Positions 29,596 through 39,266 of a stretch of 64,000 bases of DNA are shown here, in pieces. The translations under genes were made by a program, and so were the position numbers. A model generated the notes under the pieces. That model did no database searches. It was not told the DNA's origin and saw only the letters and a list, made by a program, of their open reading frames with translations. Source of the stretch: Candidatus Bathyarchaeia archaeon (GTDB lineage: Archaea > Thermoproteota > Bathyarchaeia > 40CM-2-53-6); NCBI GenBank assembly GCA_050013255.1, contig JBEKFP010000001.1, positions 1,024,001 through 1,088,000 on the forward strand, written 5' to 3'. Numbering within the stretch: the first letter of the stretch is position 1; each line of letters begins with the position of its first letter.

Positions 29596-30630
29596 CTAAT
29601 TCGGCTCATTCTGTATCAGGGATGTGTGTGAATCTGCTTGAAGATCTTCTGCATAATGGCAGGCAACATGATGGCCCTTCTTTAGTTCTCTCAATTCAGG
29701 CTCTTTTTCTTTGCAGAGGGTGGTGGCATACGGGCATCTGGGATGAAATCTGCAGCCTGAGGGGATTTCGACAGCGTTAGGGATTTCCCCGCCAATCACA
29801 TCTGGTAGGTCTTTGTAGGTTCTTCGCTCCGCATCCAGGGTTGGAATGGCCATTCTCAGAGCTTGTGAGTATGGATGAAGAGGACGACCTAAGACTTCGT
29901 GAGATTGTCCGATTTCAACGATTTTGCCGAGATACATTACAGCAACTCGGTTGCACGTAAATTTCGAGATGGCCAGATCATGTGTAACGAATAGATAGGT
30001 GAGACCCATCTTTTCCCTTAACCTTAACAGCAGTTTCAGGATGCCAGCCCGAATCGATACGTCGAGCATCGAAACGGGTTCATCGGCAAAAATAAAGTCT
30101 GGTTCGAGGATGAGAGCTCTGGCGATCGCAACCCTCTGCAATTGTCCGCCACTTAATTCAAACGGGTGTTTCTGAAGAAACTCTTCTGGTTCGGCTATGT
30201 CGACTTCGGAAAGAATTTCCCTTATTTTTTTGTGCATCTCTGCCTCAGTACTCGCTAAATTGTGAATTTTTAGCGGCTCGGAGAGAAGCTGGAATATTGA
30301 AAGTCGGGACTCCAATGATTCATAAGGGTTTTGGAATATGACTTGCATTGCGCGGCGCAGTTCTTTCTGATTGCGAGTTAGAGAAGAGATTTCTTGATTC
30401 TTATAGTAGATGCTGCCTCCCGTCTTGTTTTCCAGAGCGAGAATTAACCTGCCCGTTGTTGTTTTTCCACAACCACTCTCTCCAACCAGACCAAAAATCT
30501 CACCTTTGGCTATGCTGAAATCGACCCCGTCGACTGCTCTTACCCAATTCCCAGCGCTTCGTTCCAGGAGTCGCTTTCTCGCAGGGAACCATTTTTTCAG
30601 TTGCTCAACGCGTATGATGAGGTCTTCCAT
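29596..30630 (-). CDS. oppF: Oligopeptide/dipeptide ABC transporter ATP-binding subunit
   Basis: GESGCGKT, LSGGQLQR, ADEP, C-terminal GCRFHPRC...ACH. Confidence 0.92.
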   Translation of the reverse strand: MEDLIIRVEQLKKWFPARKRLLERSAGNWVRAVDGVDFSIAKGEIFGLVGESGCGKTTTGRLILALENKTGGSIYYKNQEISSLTRNQKELRRAMQVIFQNPYESLESRLSIFQLLSEPLKIHNLASTEAEMHKKIREILSEVDIAEPEEFLQKHPFELSGGQLQRVAIARALILEPDFIFADEPVSMLDVSIRAGILKLLLRLREKMGLTYLFVTHDLAISKFTCNRVAVMYLGKIVEIGQSHEVLGRPLHPYSQALRMAIPTLDAERRTYKDLPDVIGGEIPNAVEIPSGCRFHPRCPYATTLCKEKEPELRELKKGHHVACHYAEDLQADSHTSLIQNEPN

Positions 30631-31609
30631 GTTCCCATGCTCCGCCTGCTTCGTGCAGATGGCAGGCGACGAAATGACCCTTTTCGGCCTCTTTCCAAGT
30701 CGGCGTTACTTCCTTGCATTTTGTCCATGCGTATTTACATCTAGGGTGGAAAACGCATCCGGTTGGTGGATTCCTCATGTCAGGGGGATCGCCAGGTATC
30801 GACTCAAAGGACATCCTTGCTCCGTCAATGTTTGGAAATGCATTCACAAAGTCTATGGTGTATGGATGCAATGGGTTCTTTATGATCTCATTCGTCGTCC
30901 CGTACTCCATCATTTTTCCGCCGTATACTACGAGAATCTTATCCGAGATTCCAGCGACTACTGACAAATCATGGCTGATGAACATAATTGATAAAGACTT
31001 TAGATTACTTTTCAGGTTATCCATTAGTTTCAGTATTTGTGCCTGCACGATTACGTCCAGAGCCGTTGTGGGTTCGTCTGCGATTACGAGTTTTGGGTTG
31101 CAAATCAGTGCCATCGCGATCATAGCGCGTTGCCTCATTCCACCACTCAATTCGTGCGGGTAGTTTTTAAATCGCGAAGATTCTAGGCTTACTTCTTTGA
31201 AAATCTCTTTCGCCCTTTCCATTGCACCCTCTTGTGGGATATCTTCATGCACTGAAATGGCCTCGACGATTTGATCTCCAATCCTCATCAAAGGGTCGAA
31301 GGAACTCATAGCTGATTGTGTAACCATCGCGATTTCTTTCCATCTGATCTTCCTCATCTCTTCACGGTCGAGTGCAAGCAAACTGCGGCCGTCAAGCCTG
31401 ATGTCGCCATTGACAATCCTACCCGGATTGGGCAAGGCTCTTAGAACGGACCAACCTATGGTTGATTTGCCTGAACCCGATTCACCTATAATACCAAGGG
31501 CCTCAGCCTTTGCGATTTCAAAGCTTACGCTATCGATTGCCTTTACGATAAAAGATGGCAAATAGTAGTAGGATCTGAGATCGCTAACTTTCAAGAGGGA
31601 TTCAGCCAT
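30605..31609 (-). CDS. oppD: Oligopeptide/dipeptide ABC transporter ATP-binding subunit
   Basis: GESGSGKS, LSGGMRQR, ADEPTTALDV. ATG at 31609 overlaps the oppC stop (TGATG). Confidence 0.92.
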   Translation of the reverse strand: MAESLLKVSDLRSYYYLPSFIVKAIDSVSFEIAKAEALGIIGESGSGKSTIGWSVLRALPNPGRIVNGDIRLDGRSLLALDREEMRKIRWKEIAMVTQSAMSSFDPLMRIGDQIVEAISVHEDIPQEGAMERAKEIFKEVSLESSRFKNYPHELSGGMRQRAMIAMALICNPKLVIADEPTTALDVIVQAQILKLMDNLKSNLKSLSIMFISHDLSVVAGISDKILVVYGGKMMEYGTTNEIIKNPLHPYTIDFVNAFPNIDGARMSFESIPGDPPDMRNPPTGCVFHPRCKYAWTKCKEVTPTWKEAEKGHFVACHLHEAGGAWEHGRPHHTR

Positions 31610-32478
31610 CAGAATTTTTCCTTCTGCTTGGTTGAAGCTGACCTGAATACCTCGTCCAGGCCTTGGCCGAGAAGGGTGAACCCTAACACGCTCATGACTA
31701 TCATTAACCCCGGAAAGGTGGAAGGCCACCATGCACCAGAAGTTATGAAGTCTCTTCCTCGGCCGAGATCTGTTCCCCATTCGGGTGTTGGGGGAGGTAG
31801 TCCCAATCCTAGAAATCCAAGACCGGCAACATCTACAACTCCGGAACCCATGTTTAGGGTCATTAGTGCGATTATTGATGGGATTGCGTAGGGTATCATG
31901 TGGTGGAAAATGAGGGTACCGTACCCTGCCCCGATTGCTCGAGTTGATTCGATGAATGGTCTTTCCTTGATGGACAGAATTATGCCTCTGACGACTCTGA
32001 AGTACTGAGGCATGTATCCGATCCCAATCGCTAGACCTGTATTAACTATCCCAGGACCGATCATGGCGGCTATCAGGATTGCGATGATCAGAGGTGGTAA
32101 GGCGTACAGTGCGTCGAATGCCAGCGACGTTACCCGATCAATTTTCCCGCCGAAGAACCCGGAAAAAGCCCCTGTTACTGACCCAACGCCAACAGATATG
32201 ATCACCGAGACGAATGCGACAAGTAGAGAGAAGGTCGTTCCGAAACTTACGCGGGAAAAGATGTCTCGCCCAATTTGGTCTGTGCCCATTACATGTGCAA
32301 ATGATGGCGGAGACAGAACTTGATAAGAAGTTGCGAAGGGGTTCAATCCTACTATGTGGGTATAAGCGTCCAAAGCCAAAACGACGACGATTATAACTGT
32401 CCCAGCTATGACCATGGATCTCGAGGATTTCGGCCACATCCCAACCCTCGTAAGAAGCAGTTTCAAGAGAGGAGGCAC
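31609..32478 (-). CDS. oppC: Oligopeptide ABC transporter permease
   Basis: MGTDQIGRDIFSR, EAA-like ESTRAIGA, LGFLGLG..PPTPEWG. Confidence 0.92.
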   Translation of the reverse strand: MPPLLKLLLTRVGMWPKSSRSMVIAGTVIIVVVLALDAYTHIVGLNPFATSYQVLSPPSFAHVMGTDQIGRDIFSRVSFGTTFSLLVAFVSVIISVGVGSVTGAFSGFFGGKIDRVTSLAFDALYALPPLIIAILIAAMIGPGIVNTGLAIGIGYMPQYFRVVRGIILSIKERPFIESTRAIGAGYGTLIFHHMIPYAIPSIIALMTLNMGSGVVDVAGLGFLGLGLPPPTPEWGTDLGRGRDFITSGAWWPSTFPGLMIVMSVLGFTLLGQGLDEVFRSASTKQKEKF

Positions 32479-33492
32479 TTATAGTCTCACTCTTGGGTCG
32501 ACCATCGCATAAGAAATGTCCACGATCAAGTTGGCGACGCTAACTACCAACGCGAAGAATATTACGCATCCTTGGATTAGATTGAAGTCACGATAGCCCA
32601 CGGCGACAATCAATAACCGGCCCAGTCCGGGCCATGAAAAGACAGTCTCCGTCAGTATTGCACCTTGCAGAAGAACTGCGACTTGCAAACCAGTGTAGGT
32701 GAGAATTGGGATCAGCGCATTTGGAAGGGCATGTTTCTGGAAGACTCGTTCATCTGTACAGCCTTTCAGACTCGCAACTTTGATGTAGTCTTCCCCAAGT
32801 ACGCCTATGATGTTGGTTCTAGCAATCTGGGTGATTGAGGCTGCCATCGTAGTTCCGAGTGTGAGGACAGGTAGCAATAGATGTAGAAATGCGTCAGCAA
32901 GTGCTTGCGGATTGCGTCCCAACACTGCGTCCACAACGTACAAGCCCGTGACATCGGGCACACCGACCATTCTTGAACTAGCTTGACCGGCTATTGGGAA
33001 TGGGAGGCCGTACTGAACCACAAGGATCTGAAGAACGAGGCCGAACCAGAATACCGGCACGCACCATCTGACAAGTGACCCGATTCTGATTGAGGCATCG
33101 ATCTTTCCACCCACATGCTTGGCTGCAACTACGCCGCTGTATATCCCCAACGGGATTGCTAGGAGCATCGACCAAAAAGTCAGTTCGATTGTTGCTGGCA
33201 AAGCAATCGCCAATTCTGTAGTGACCGGATCCAGTCTGACCATAGAATATCCAAAATCACCTCTGAAAAGACCGCCAATATAGCCAAGGTATTGAAGGTA
33301 AAGCGGTTTGTCTAAGCCCAGCTGGTGTCGAAGCGCTTCAATTTGCTGTTCAGAAGCGTTTCTTGAACCGATTACAGCTAGGACAGGATCACCGGGCAGA
33401 ATGCGCATAATGGAAAATACGACTGTAACTAGGATGAGGATCATCGGTATAGTTAGGAGAAGACGAAGGAGGATGAAGGTTCTGAGTCGCAT
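32479..33492 (-). CDS. oppB: Oligopeptide ABC transporter permease
   Basis: LPGDP, LGLDKPL..QY, ATIEL, ETVFSWPGLG, DPRVR. Confidence 0.92.
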   Translation of the reverse strand: MRLRTFILLRLLLTIPMILILVTVVFSIMRILPGDPVLAVIGSRNASEQQIEALRHQLGLDKPLYLQYLGYIGGLFRGDFGYSMVRLDPVTTELAIALPATIELTFWSMLLAIPLGIYSGVVAAKHVGGKIDASIRIGSLVRWCVPVFWFGLVLQILVVQYGLPFPIAGQASSRMVGVPDVTGLYVVDAVLGRNPQALADAFLHLLLPVLTLGTTMAASITQIARTNIIGVLGEDYIKVASLKGCTDERVFQKHALPNALIPILTYTGLQVAVLLQGAILTETVFSWPGLGRLLIVAVGYRDFNLIQGCVIFFALVVSVANLIVDISYAMVDPRVRL

Positions 33493-33540
33493 CCATCTTA
33501 CCCACGATGGCTAACTGCAATCTTTCGCTAATTAACAAGT

Positions 33541-33562
33541 TTTTCAAAAATAAAAAAATTGG
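33541..33562 (-). terminator. Oligo-T archaeal terminator after the SBP gene
   Basis: The minus strand reads CCAATTTTTTTATTTTTGAAAA about 30 nt after the oppA stop. Confidence 0.55.
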
Positions 33563-33589
33563 GGGGATTTGCGGATCGTTATTTGGGTG

Positions 33590-35311
33590 TTAAGATGCGG
33601 TACTTTTAACGTTTCCAGTCGAGGTTAACACATTGGCGTACTGCTTGAAGGTGGGGGGACTGAGAGTAACTGTAATGCCGACCACCTGGAGTTCGGACGA
33701 TATGATTTGTGAAGTTTGCCCAGTGGCCTGGAGTGTCCACCATGGAGAGTACTGGAAGTAGTAGGATAGGACACCCGTGACAGATGCTACTCTATAGAAC
33801 CAGTAATTGGCTTGGTGCACAAGAGGCACGTAGACAGCTAGGCCCGCGAGTCGATCTTGTAGGTCGCCGTATATTTTAGCTCGCTGGGCGGGATCGGATG
33901 TGGAAACGCCTTGTTGGACGAGCGTATCTAGTGTCGTGTCGTTGAGGCGAACTCGTTTCGAGTACGACCCGGTTGATGAGGCTATGAATGAAGCTACATT
34001 GTCTGCATCCGGATAGTCTGGCGACATTATGCCTATCGCCATCTCGTAGTTTCCTGCTCTGAAATTCTTGACGAATGATGCTTGTTCGACTGCGTTGAGC
34101 GTAACTCGTATTCCTGCTTTTGCAAGTTGCGCCTGCAGTAAGGCGGCTACGTCAGGAATCTCTTTACCGTAGATTATTGGAGTGAAATAGAGGTTTACGT
34201 CTATTCCGTTAGGATGACCCGCAGCAGTCAACAACTCTTTGGCTTTTGCTATGTTTGTTGGTTTATATTGATCCCAGGATGGTTTCGGATAGAATCCCGG
34301 CAGAAATGGAGTGTCCTGCGAGGGAGGATAGAGGCCGTGATACGCTAGATCGGAGATCTCTTTCTGATCGACGCTGAATTCGATTGCTTTTCGGACGTTT
34401 ACGTCTTCCAGAGGAGATCCGGGGATGCCATCGTTTAGAGTCATCCAGACGTGGTAACCTTCCGCTGCATTAGCATACTTCAAGTTCGGGTCTGCCAGCA
34501 AGCTCTGATAATCCGTCGTGGCAATGTAGTCCCATGCAATGTCAATGTCGCCCTTCTGAAGTGCCAGTTTCATCGCGGCTGAATCTGTGTAGATCTTGTA
34601 AACCAACTTTATTTGGGGTACTCGGCTTTGATTCCAGTAGTCCTCAAATGGCGCTAGAGTGACGTGATCACCTTTCACCCACTCCACATACTTGAAGGGG
34701 CCTGTCCCAACAGCCAGTGCGCCAAACTTCTCGTTGCCCATACTTTGCACAGCTGAAGGACTGACAGGACCGGCGACGGGCATTGTCAGCGCTCCTTCCA
34801 GTGCGGCATTTGGATAATTGAGATTGAATCGGACCGTGTACATATCCACGACATCAACTGAAGCTACGCTGGAAAGTAACCATGCTGAATACGATTGCAC
34901 GGTCGATAATCTGTCGAACGAGAATTTCACCGCCGTTGCATTGAATGGAGTGCCATCTTGGAATTTCACGTTCTGTCTCAAAGGAATTGTCCAATGCAAT
35001 CCATCCGCGCTGACCACCGGGGGACCTGCTGCAAGCCGAGGCTGCAATACCACATCTGGATAAATACCAGGCGGGACCTCATAGAGGGGATCAAACACGA
35101 TGTTGTTCAAGTTCAAGACACCAACTTGGTAGTCTACGCCGGGATCAAGATTTACAGCTACATCGAGTGTTGTCCCTAGGACAATGGTTGGATATTGTTT
35201 CGGCGTGGTGGTAGTAGTGCTCGGAAGGAAATAGTTGTAACCAAAAGATGCGCCAATGATTGCTATGACGACAATAGCAGCGATAATGACGTAAGTTCTT
35301 TTCATTTTCAT
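33590..35311 (-). CDS. oppA: Peptide ABC transporter substrate-binding protein (family 5)
   Basis: N-terminal membrane anchor plus Thr linker; LRQNVKFQDGTPFNATAVKFS, GTGPFK, VRKAI. Confidence 0.92.
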   Translation of the reverse strand: MKMKRTYVIIAAIVVIAIIGASFGYNYFLPSTTTTTPKQYPTIVLGTTLDVAVNLDPGVDYQVGVLNLNNIVFDPLYEVPPGIYPDVVLQPRLAAGPPVVSADGLHWTIPLRQNVKFQDGTPFNATAVKFSFDRLSTVQSYSAWLLSSVASVDVVDMYTVRFNLNYPNAALEGALTMPVAGPVSPSAVQSMGNEKFGALAVGTGPFKYVEWVKGDHVTLAPFEDYWNQSRVPQIKLVYKIYTDSAAMKLALQKGDIDIAWDYIATTDYQSLLADPNLKYANAAEGYHVWMTLNDGIPGSPLEDVNVRKAIEFSVDQKEISDLAYHGLYPPSQDTPFLPGFYPKPSWDQYKPTNIAKAKELLTAAGHPNGIDVNLYFTPIIYGKEIPDVAALLQAQLAKAGIRVTLNAVEQASFVKNFRAGNYEMAIGIMSPDYPDADNVASFIASSTGSYSKRVRLNDTTLDTLVQQGVSTSDPAQRAKIYGDLQDRLAGLAVYVPLVHQANYWFYRVASVTGVLSYYFQYSPWWTLQATGQTSQIISSELQVVGITVTLSPPTFKQYANVLTSTGNVKSTAS

Positions 35312-35329
35312 CGGCGTAAGGAGACTTAG

Positions 35330-35345
35330 TTGTGTATTTAAGGTT
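35330..35345 (-). promoter_or_regulatory. TATA box for a leaderless oppA transcript
   Basis: The minus strand reads AACCTTAAATAC about 24 nt upstream of ATG 35311. Confidence 0.5.
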
Positions 35346-35532
35346 GAGTATGGAAGAATATGGACGGGTTAATATGTGAATATTTTAAACTTACTACTCT
35401 TACTCAGTCCTCTAGCGTCGCGATTATCTCTGCAAGTTGACCTCAGTTGTCATCGTACCTTGCAGTTGGCTCGACTAAATCGATAACTTCCTTCACTTCT
35501 TGCTGATGCAAGTGTATGTCGATGAATCGCGA

Positions 35533-36606
35533 TCAGTTGCCCCACACTTTCTCGAAAACCCTTAGGAAGTTAGCTCCTAAGATCTTCTTAACGTTCTGCT
35601 CAGAGTACCCTGCTCCCAGTAGCGCGTCGGTAATGACTGGCATCTTAGACATGCTGGTCAACCAAGGCATGTAGAGTTCTCCGAATGATAGTTTCTCGCG
35701 TCCTGATTTTATGAACTCATCCTCCACTTCCTCAACAAACTTCGATGTTATACCTGGCAGCATTCGTCTTTCCTCGAGAATCATGTCAGCGGTTCGATAA
35801 TGTCGTTCAGCGAGATCAAGTCCGATTCCCACGTGGTCAACGCCCACAAGATCCGCCACGTAGTCTATGTGTTTAATGTAGTCACTCACTCCAAGCTGAT
35901 CAGATCTCTTTGAGTCAGACACGAACATCGAGAGAGGAGTAAGTCCGATTACTCCGCCTTTTTCAGCGCACGTCTGTATCTGTTCATCTGCGATGTTACG
36001 CACGTGGTTACAAAGGGCTTTGGGGTTAGAGTGATCGAATACAACGGAGTGCTTGGAGATTTCCATGACTTCCATGCTCGTCTTGTACCCGACATGCGAA
36101 AGAGAGATGACCATACCCAGTTTATTCATCGATTCAACCCAATCTACTCCGAGACGGCTCAATCCGTCATCGTTTCTTTCACCGCATCCGCTTCCGAACT
36201 GGTTCCGCCGTTGGTAGGTTGGTTGCATCGTTCTCATTCCAAGTCTCTGGAAAAAGTCCAAGCTGCTGAGATCTAGGCCTAAGAACCCTGCGCCTTGAGA
36301 ACCAAGAATCACTGCGATTGCACCCTCCTGCTTTGCCTTTCGAAGTTCTTGTACGGTTCTAACCAAACGCATCTTTGATGGTTCCAAAGACCTAAGGCGG
36401 TGGAACCATCCTGCAAGCTCACTAACAACCTGTGACACACTCAAACATTCGACATCAGGGATAGTCACTTTGATTGCGCCAACTCCACCCGCCTTCAAGG
36501 ACCGCCAATACTCCTCATCAAATTCCTTAGGGTAGCAAGCGTTCAAACAATCTACGACAACGGCTTCATCGTGAAGTTTCAAAGCCAACTTGCTCATTAT
36601 ACTCAC
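35533..36606 (-). CDS. Membrane dipeptidase (M19) family protein, copy 2
   Basis: Close paralogue of 28190..29266 (shared MRTMQPTYQRRNQFG, GLSRLG.DWVE, NFLRVFEKVWG). Confidence 0.88.
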   Translation of the reverse strand: MSIMSKLALKLHDEAVVVDCLNACYPKEFDEEYWRSLKAGGVGAIKVTIPDVECLSVSQVVSELAGWFHRLRSLEPSKMRLVRTVQELRKAKQEGAIAVILGSQGAGFLGLDLSSLDFFQRLGMRTMQPTYQRRNQFGSGCGERNDDGLSRLGVDWVESMNKLGMVISLSHVGYKTSMEVMEISKHSVVFDHSNPKALCNHVRNIADEQIQTCAEKGGVIGLTPLSMFVSDSKRSDQLGVSDYIKHIDYVADLVGVDHVGIGLDLAERHYRTADMILEERRMLPGITSKFVEEVEDEFIKSGREKLSFGELYMPWLTSMSKMPVITDALLGAGYSEQNVKKILGANFLRVFEKVWGN

Positions 36607-36710
36607 TTACATAATCGCGTTGGCCGTCGGACTCATCTGGCTTTTCTGGGATACCTTCCAATTCTCACATTGGACATTAGTTAGAAGCGTTAAAATCGGA
36701 TGGAAGGCGG

Positions 36711-37202
36711 TTGCACCAGAGTTCGATGAACATGACCGAGATTGAGAGAAAACTGAAACAATTGGGATACGATCTCCCAAAAGTCCCAATGGACATGAAA
36801 TTCTGGGCGCGCTGCAGCAGAGTGGGAAAACTTGTATTCATGGGAACAACTGGTCCTTGGCCTATTCTGAACAAGACCGTGGATGGTAAGCTTCGAGGAG
36901 TTATCGGAAAAGATGTCACGGTGGAAGAGGCCAAGCATACGTGTAGATTGGCGGCTCTAAGCATCCTCTCCGGATTGAAAAACGAATTTGGAGATCTCGA
37001 CAAGATTGACAGGATCGTCAAATTGGAGGTATATCTGAGCGGAATGGGTGGATCGCCAGATCCATACGTAGAAGTTGCGGATGCGGCTTCTGAACTCTTC
37101 ATACAACTCTATGGGGACAACGGCAGAGCGACGCGGACGATGACGCCTAACATAAGCGATTACATCGCCGAAATCGACATAGTAGCGTCCCTAAAGGACT
37201 AG
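36711..37202 (+). CDS. RidA/YjgF family protein
   Basis: IERKLKQLG..LP, G.IGKDVT.EEA, LDKIDRIVKL, VADAASELF..LYG, RATR, EID. The true start may be ATG 36726 or 36732. Confidence 0.85.
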   Translation: MHQSSMNMTEIERKLKQLGYDLPKVPMDMKFWARCSRVGKLVFMGTTGPWPILNKTVDGKLRGVIGKDVTVEEAKHTCRLAALSILSGLKNEFGDLDKIDRIVKLEVYLSGMGGSPDPYVEVADAASELFIQLYGDNGRATRTMTPNISDYIAEIDIVASLKD

Positions 37203-37464
37203 CTGCTGTTCATCACCAAGAAACTGAGTAACAAAGTCAGAATGAACCGCGCGCTCTAACAATCATAGCCGATAAATTCTCTTGCTCGTGCGATTAGTCC
37301 ATTACTCATCGGAACAGTGAGCCTCGATTATAGAATAGTGTATCTCTTTACTGGGAGCGAGGTAAAGCAACCCGAAGCGCTGACGTACCTCGTAACCTTG
37401 CTCTCAAATGCTGTCTTGCAAAGAACTCCAAGACGCTTTAGTGAACGTATGTGCCAAGAACCAT

Positions 37465-38895
37465 CTAGTTCGCTTCGAATTGTTTGAAGGGAGGTTTGAG
37501 ACCCGGCGGTAATGGAGACTTGTATTCTCTTCCCTTTTTCCTTCTGTTCAACTCATCCCATGCCTTTTTGATGATTTCTGGTTCGGTGAGTAGGTCGATG
37601 GCTGAGGCCGCCATGCTCTTAGCAGCGAAGACTAGGTTCTTGTGGCCTATGCTCATCCCGGCTATGGCTACGTTAAACCAGGAATGCCCAGGAGCCCCAA
37701 TGATTCTACTGCCGGTGTTCAATTCCACCGAAGGTACGTTCCAACTTATGTCAGCCTCATCCGTTGAGCCACCCTCCACTTCTCCTTCACCCCAAGGATC
37801 TACGATCCTGTTGTCGAGATGCACATCCGCCGGTAGGTCGTCGTGGCCTGGCACACGATAACCCCAAGTTCTTCTCGCCTCAGATGAGATTTCTTTTGCG
37901 ATCTCGCGTGCGAATTCAAGATCGCTCTTAGTGTAAGTTGGCGGACCGACTATTCTCATGTTATTGACTATTAGTTCTGCGATAGTTCGGTTCGGCAGTA
38001 CATTGTAGGTTCCACTTTGCAAGTTCATCTCGCACTCCGTCTTTGTCATCTTCCCCGCGCCTTCGGCGATTTTCAGAACCCAATCATATATCTCCTCAAC
38101 CGTCTCGCGCTCAGGAGCCCTGATGTAGTACCAACTGCTTGCCAGGGCTGGAACAACGTTGGGCTGATCGCCTCCTCTCTGGATTACGTAGTGGATTCGA
38201 GCTTCGGGAACAATATGTTCGCGCATGAAGTTTACCCCAACATTCATCAACTCGACGGCGTCGAGGGCACTCCGTCCCTGCCAGGGGGTACTCCCAGCGT
38301 GAGCCGCAGTACCGTGAAAAACAAATTTGACAGAGATCATAGCGTTTGTGCTTTTTAGTGGGACGGAATTAACGGCGCCAATATGATGCCCCATGACAGC
38401 GCTCACATCTTTGAAGCACCCGTCACGAACCATGAACACTTTACCAATAAGAGTCTCCTCCGCAGGGGTTCCGAAGAACTTCACTGTTCCCTTGATCTTT
38501 CCCTTCTCCATTGCTATCTTCGTGGCTATTGCAGCTCCCATGCCGGAAGAACCGTAGAGATTATGGCCACATCCGTGTCCTGGCGCTTCCTTTTTCAAAG
38601 GCTCCCTATGGGGCACGGCTTTCTGTGATAGCCCCGGCAAGGCGTCGAATTCACCGAGGATACCAATGATGGGGCCGCCAGTACCAAAGGTGGCTACTAA
38701 GGCTGTGGGCATTCCCGCTACGTTCCGCTCAACTTTGAACCCATGCTTCTCAAGAGTGTCCGCAAGTAGTTTCGATGATTTGAACTCCTGCAGTCCAACT
38801 TCAGCGTACTCCCAGATCTGATCACTCACATCAGTCAGGAGAGATTCGTTTTCCGCAACCCAACCTATTGCAGTCTCTTTCAAGGATTTGGACAA
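37465..38895 (-). CDS. M20 amidohydrolase, AbgB (p-aminobenzoyl-glutamate hydrolase B)-like
   Basis: EFDALPGLSQ, GHGCGHNL, GTPAEE, AHAG..PWQGRSALDAVELM, GSTD, PGHSW. Confidence 0.9.
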   Translation of the reverse strand: MSKSLKETAIGWVAENESLLTDVSDQIWEYAEVGLQEFKSSKLLADTLEKHGFKVERNVAGMPTALVATFGTGGPIIGILGEFDALPGLSQKAVPHREPLKKEAPGHGCGHNLYGSSGMGAAIATKIAMEKGKIKGTVKFFGTPAEETLIGKVFMVRDGCFKDVSAVMGHHIGAVNSVPLKSTNAMISVKFVFHGTAAHAGSTPWQGRSALDAVELMNVGVNFMREHIVPEARIHYVIQRGGDQPNVVPALASSWYYIRAPERETVEEIYDWVLKIAEGAGKMTKTECEMNLQSGTYNVLPNRTIAELIVNNMRIVGPPTYTKSDLEFAREIAKEISSEARRTWGYRVPGHDDLPADVHLDNRIVDPWGEGEVEGGSTDEADISWNVPSVELNTGSRIIGAPGHSWFNVAIAGMSIGHKNLVFAAKSMAASAIDLLTEPEIIKKAWDELNRRKKGREYKSPLPPGLKPPFKQFEAN

Positions 38896-39266
38896 GGTCT
38901 CACTACATAGAAGAACTTGAGGAAGACGCGAGTTAGTTTCCTTTTATCCCTACCTATCGGTAGCCGCCAACGAATTCTAACCAGAACTAGATCGGTCTGG
39001 CGTATCTACGACCTTAATTGTTCAGACTTGGGTGAACATCTTCGATTTGGAATGTCGGTTGACTCCAATATATCCTTCTAATATACAGAATGATCGATTG
39101 CTTGTCTGCTGGTACATCTCGTCAGCGTGGCACATCAATACATATCAATGCTCACAATTCCTAGTAGTCTTCAGCTGCAATGGTCGAAATTCTCCAACCC
39201 CGCGTGGAACGGAAGCATTAATCAATCAAGAAGAAATCGTAACATACGTCGAAGAAGTAGAAGAGT

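Noticed and set aside
31610-31780. N-terminal extension of oppD in the ORF track
   Set aside because: It overlaps oppC; the TGATG-coupled ATG at 31609 is the better start.
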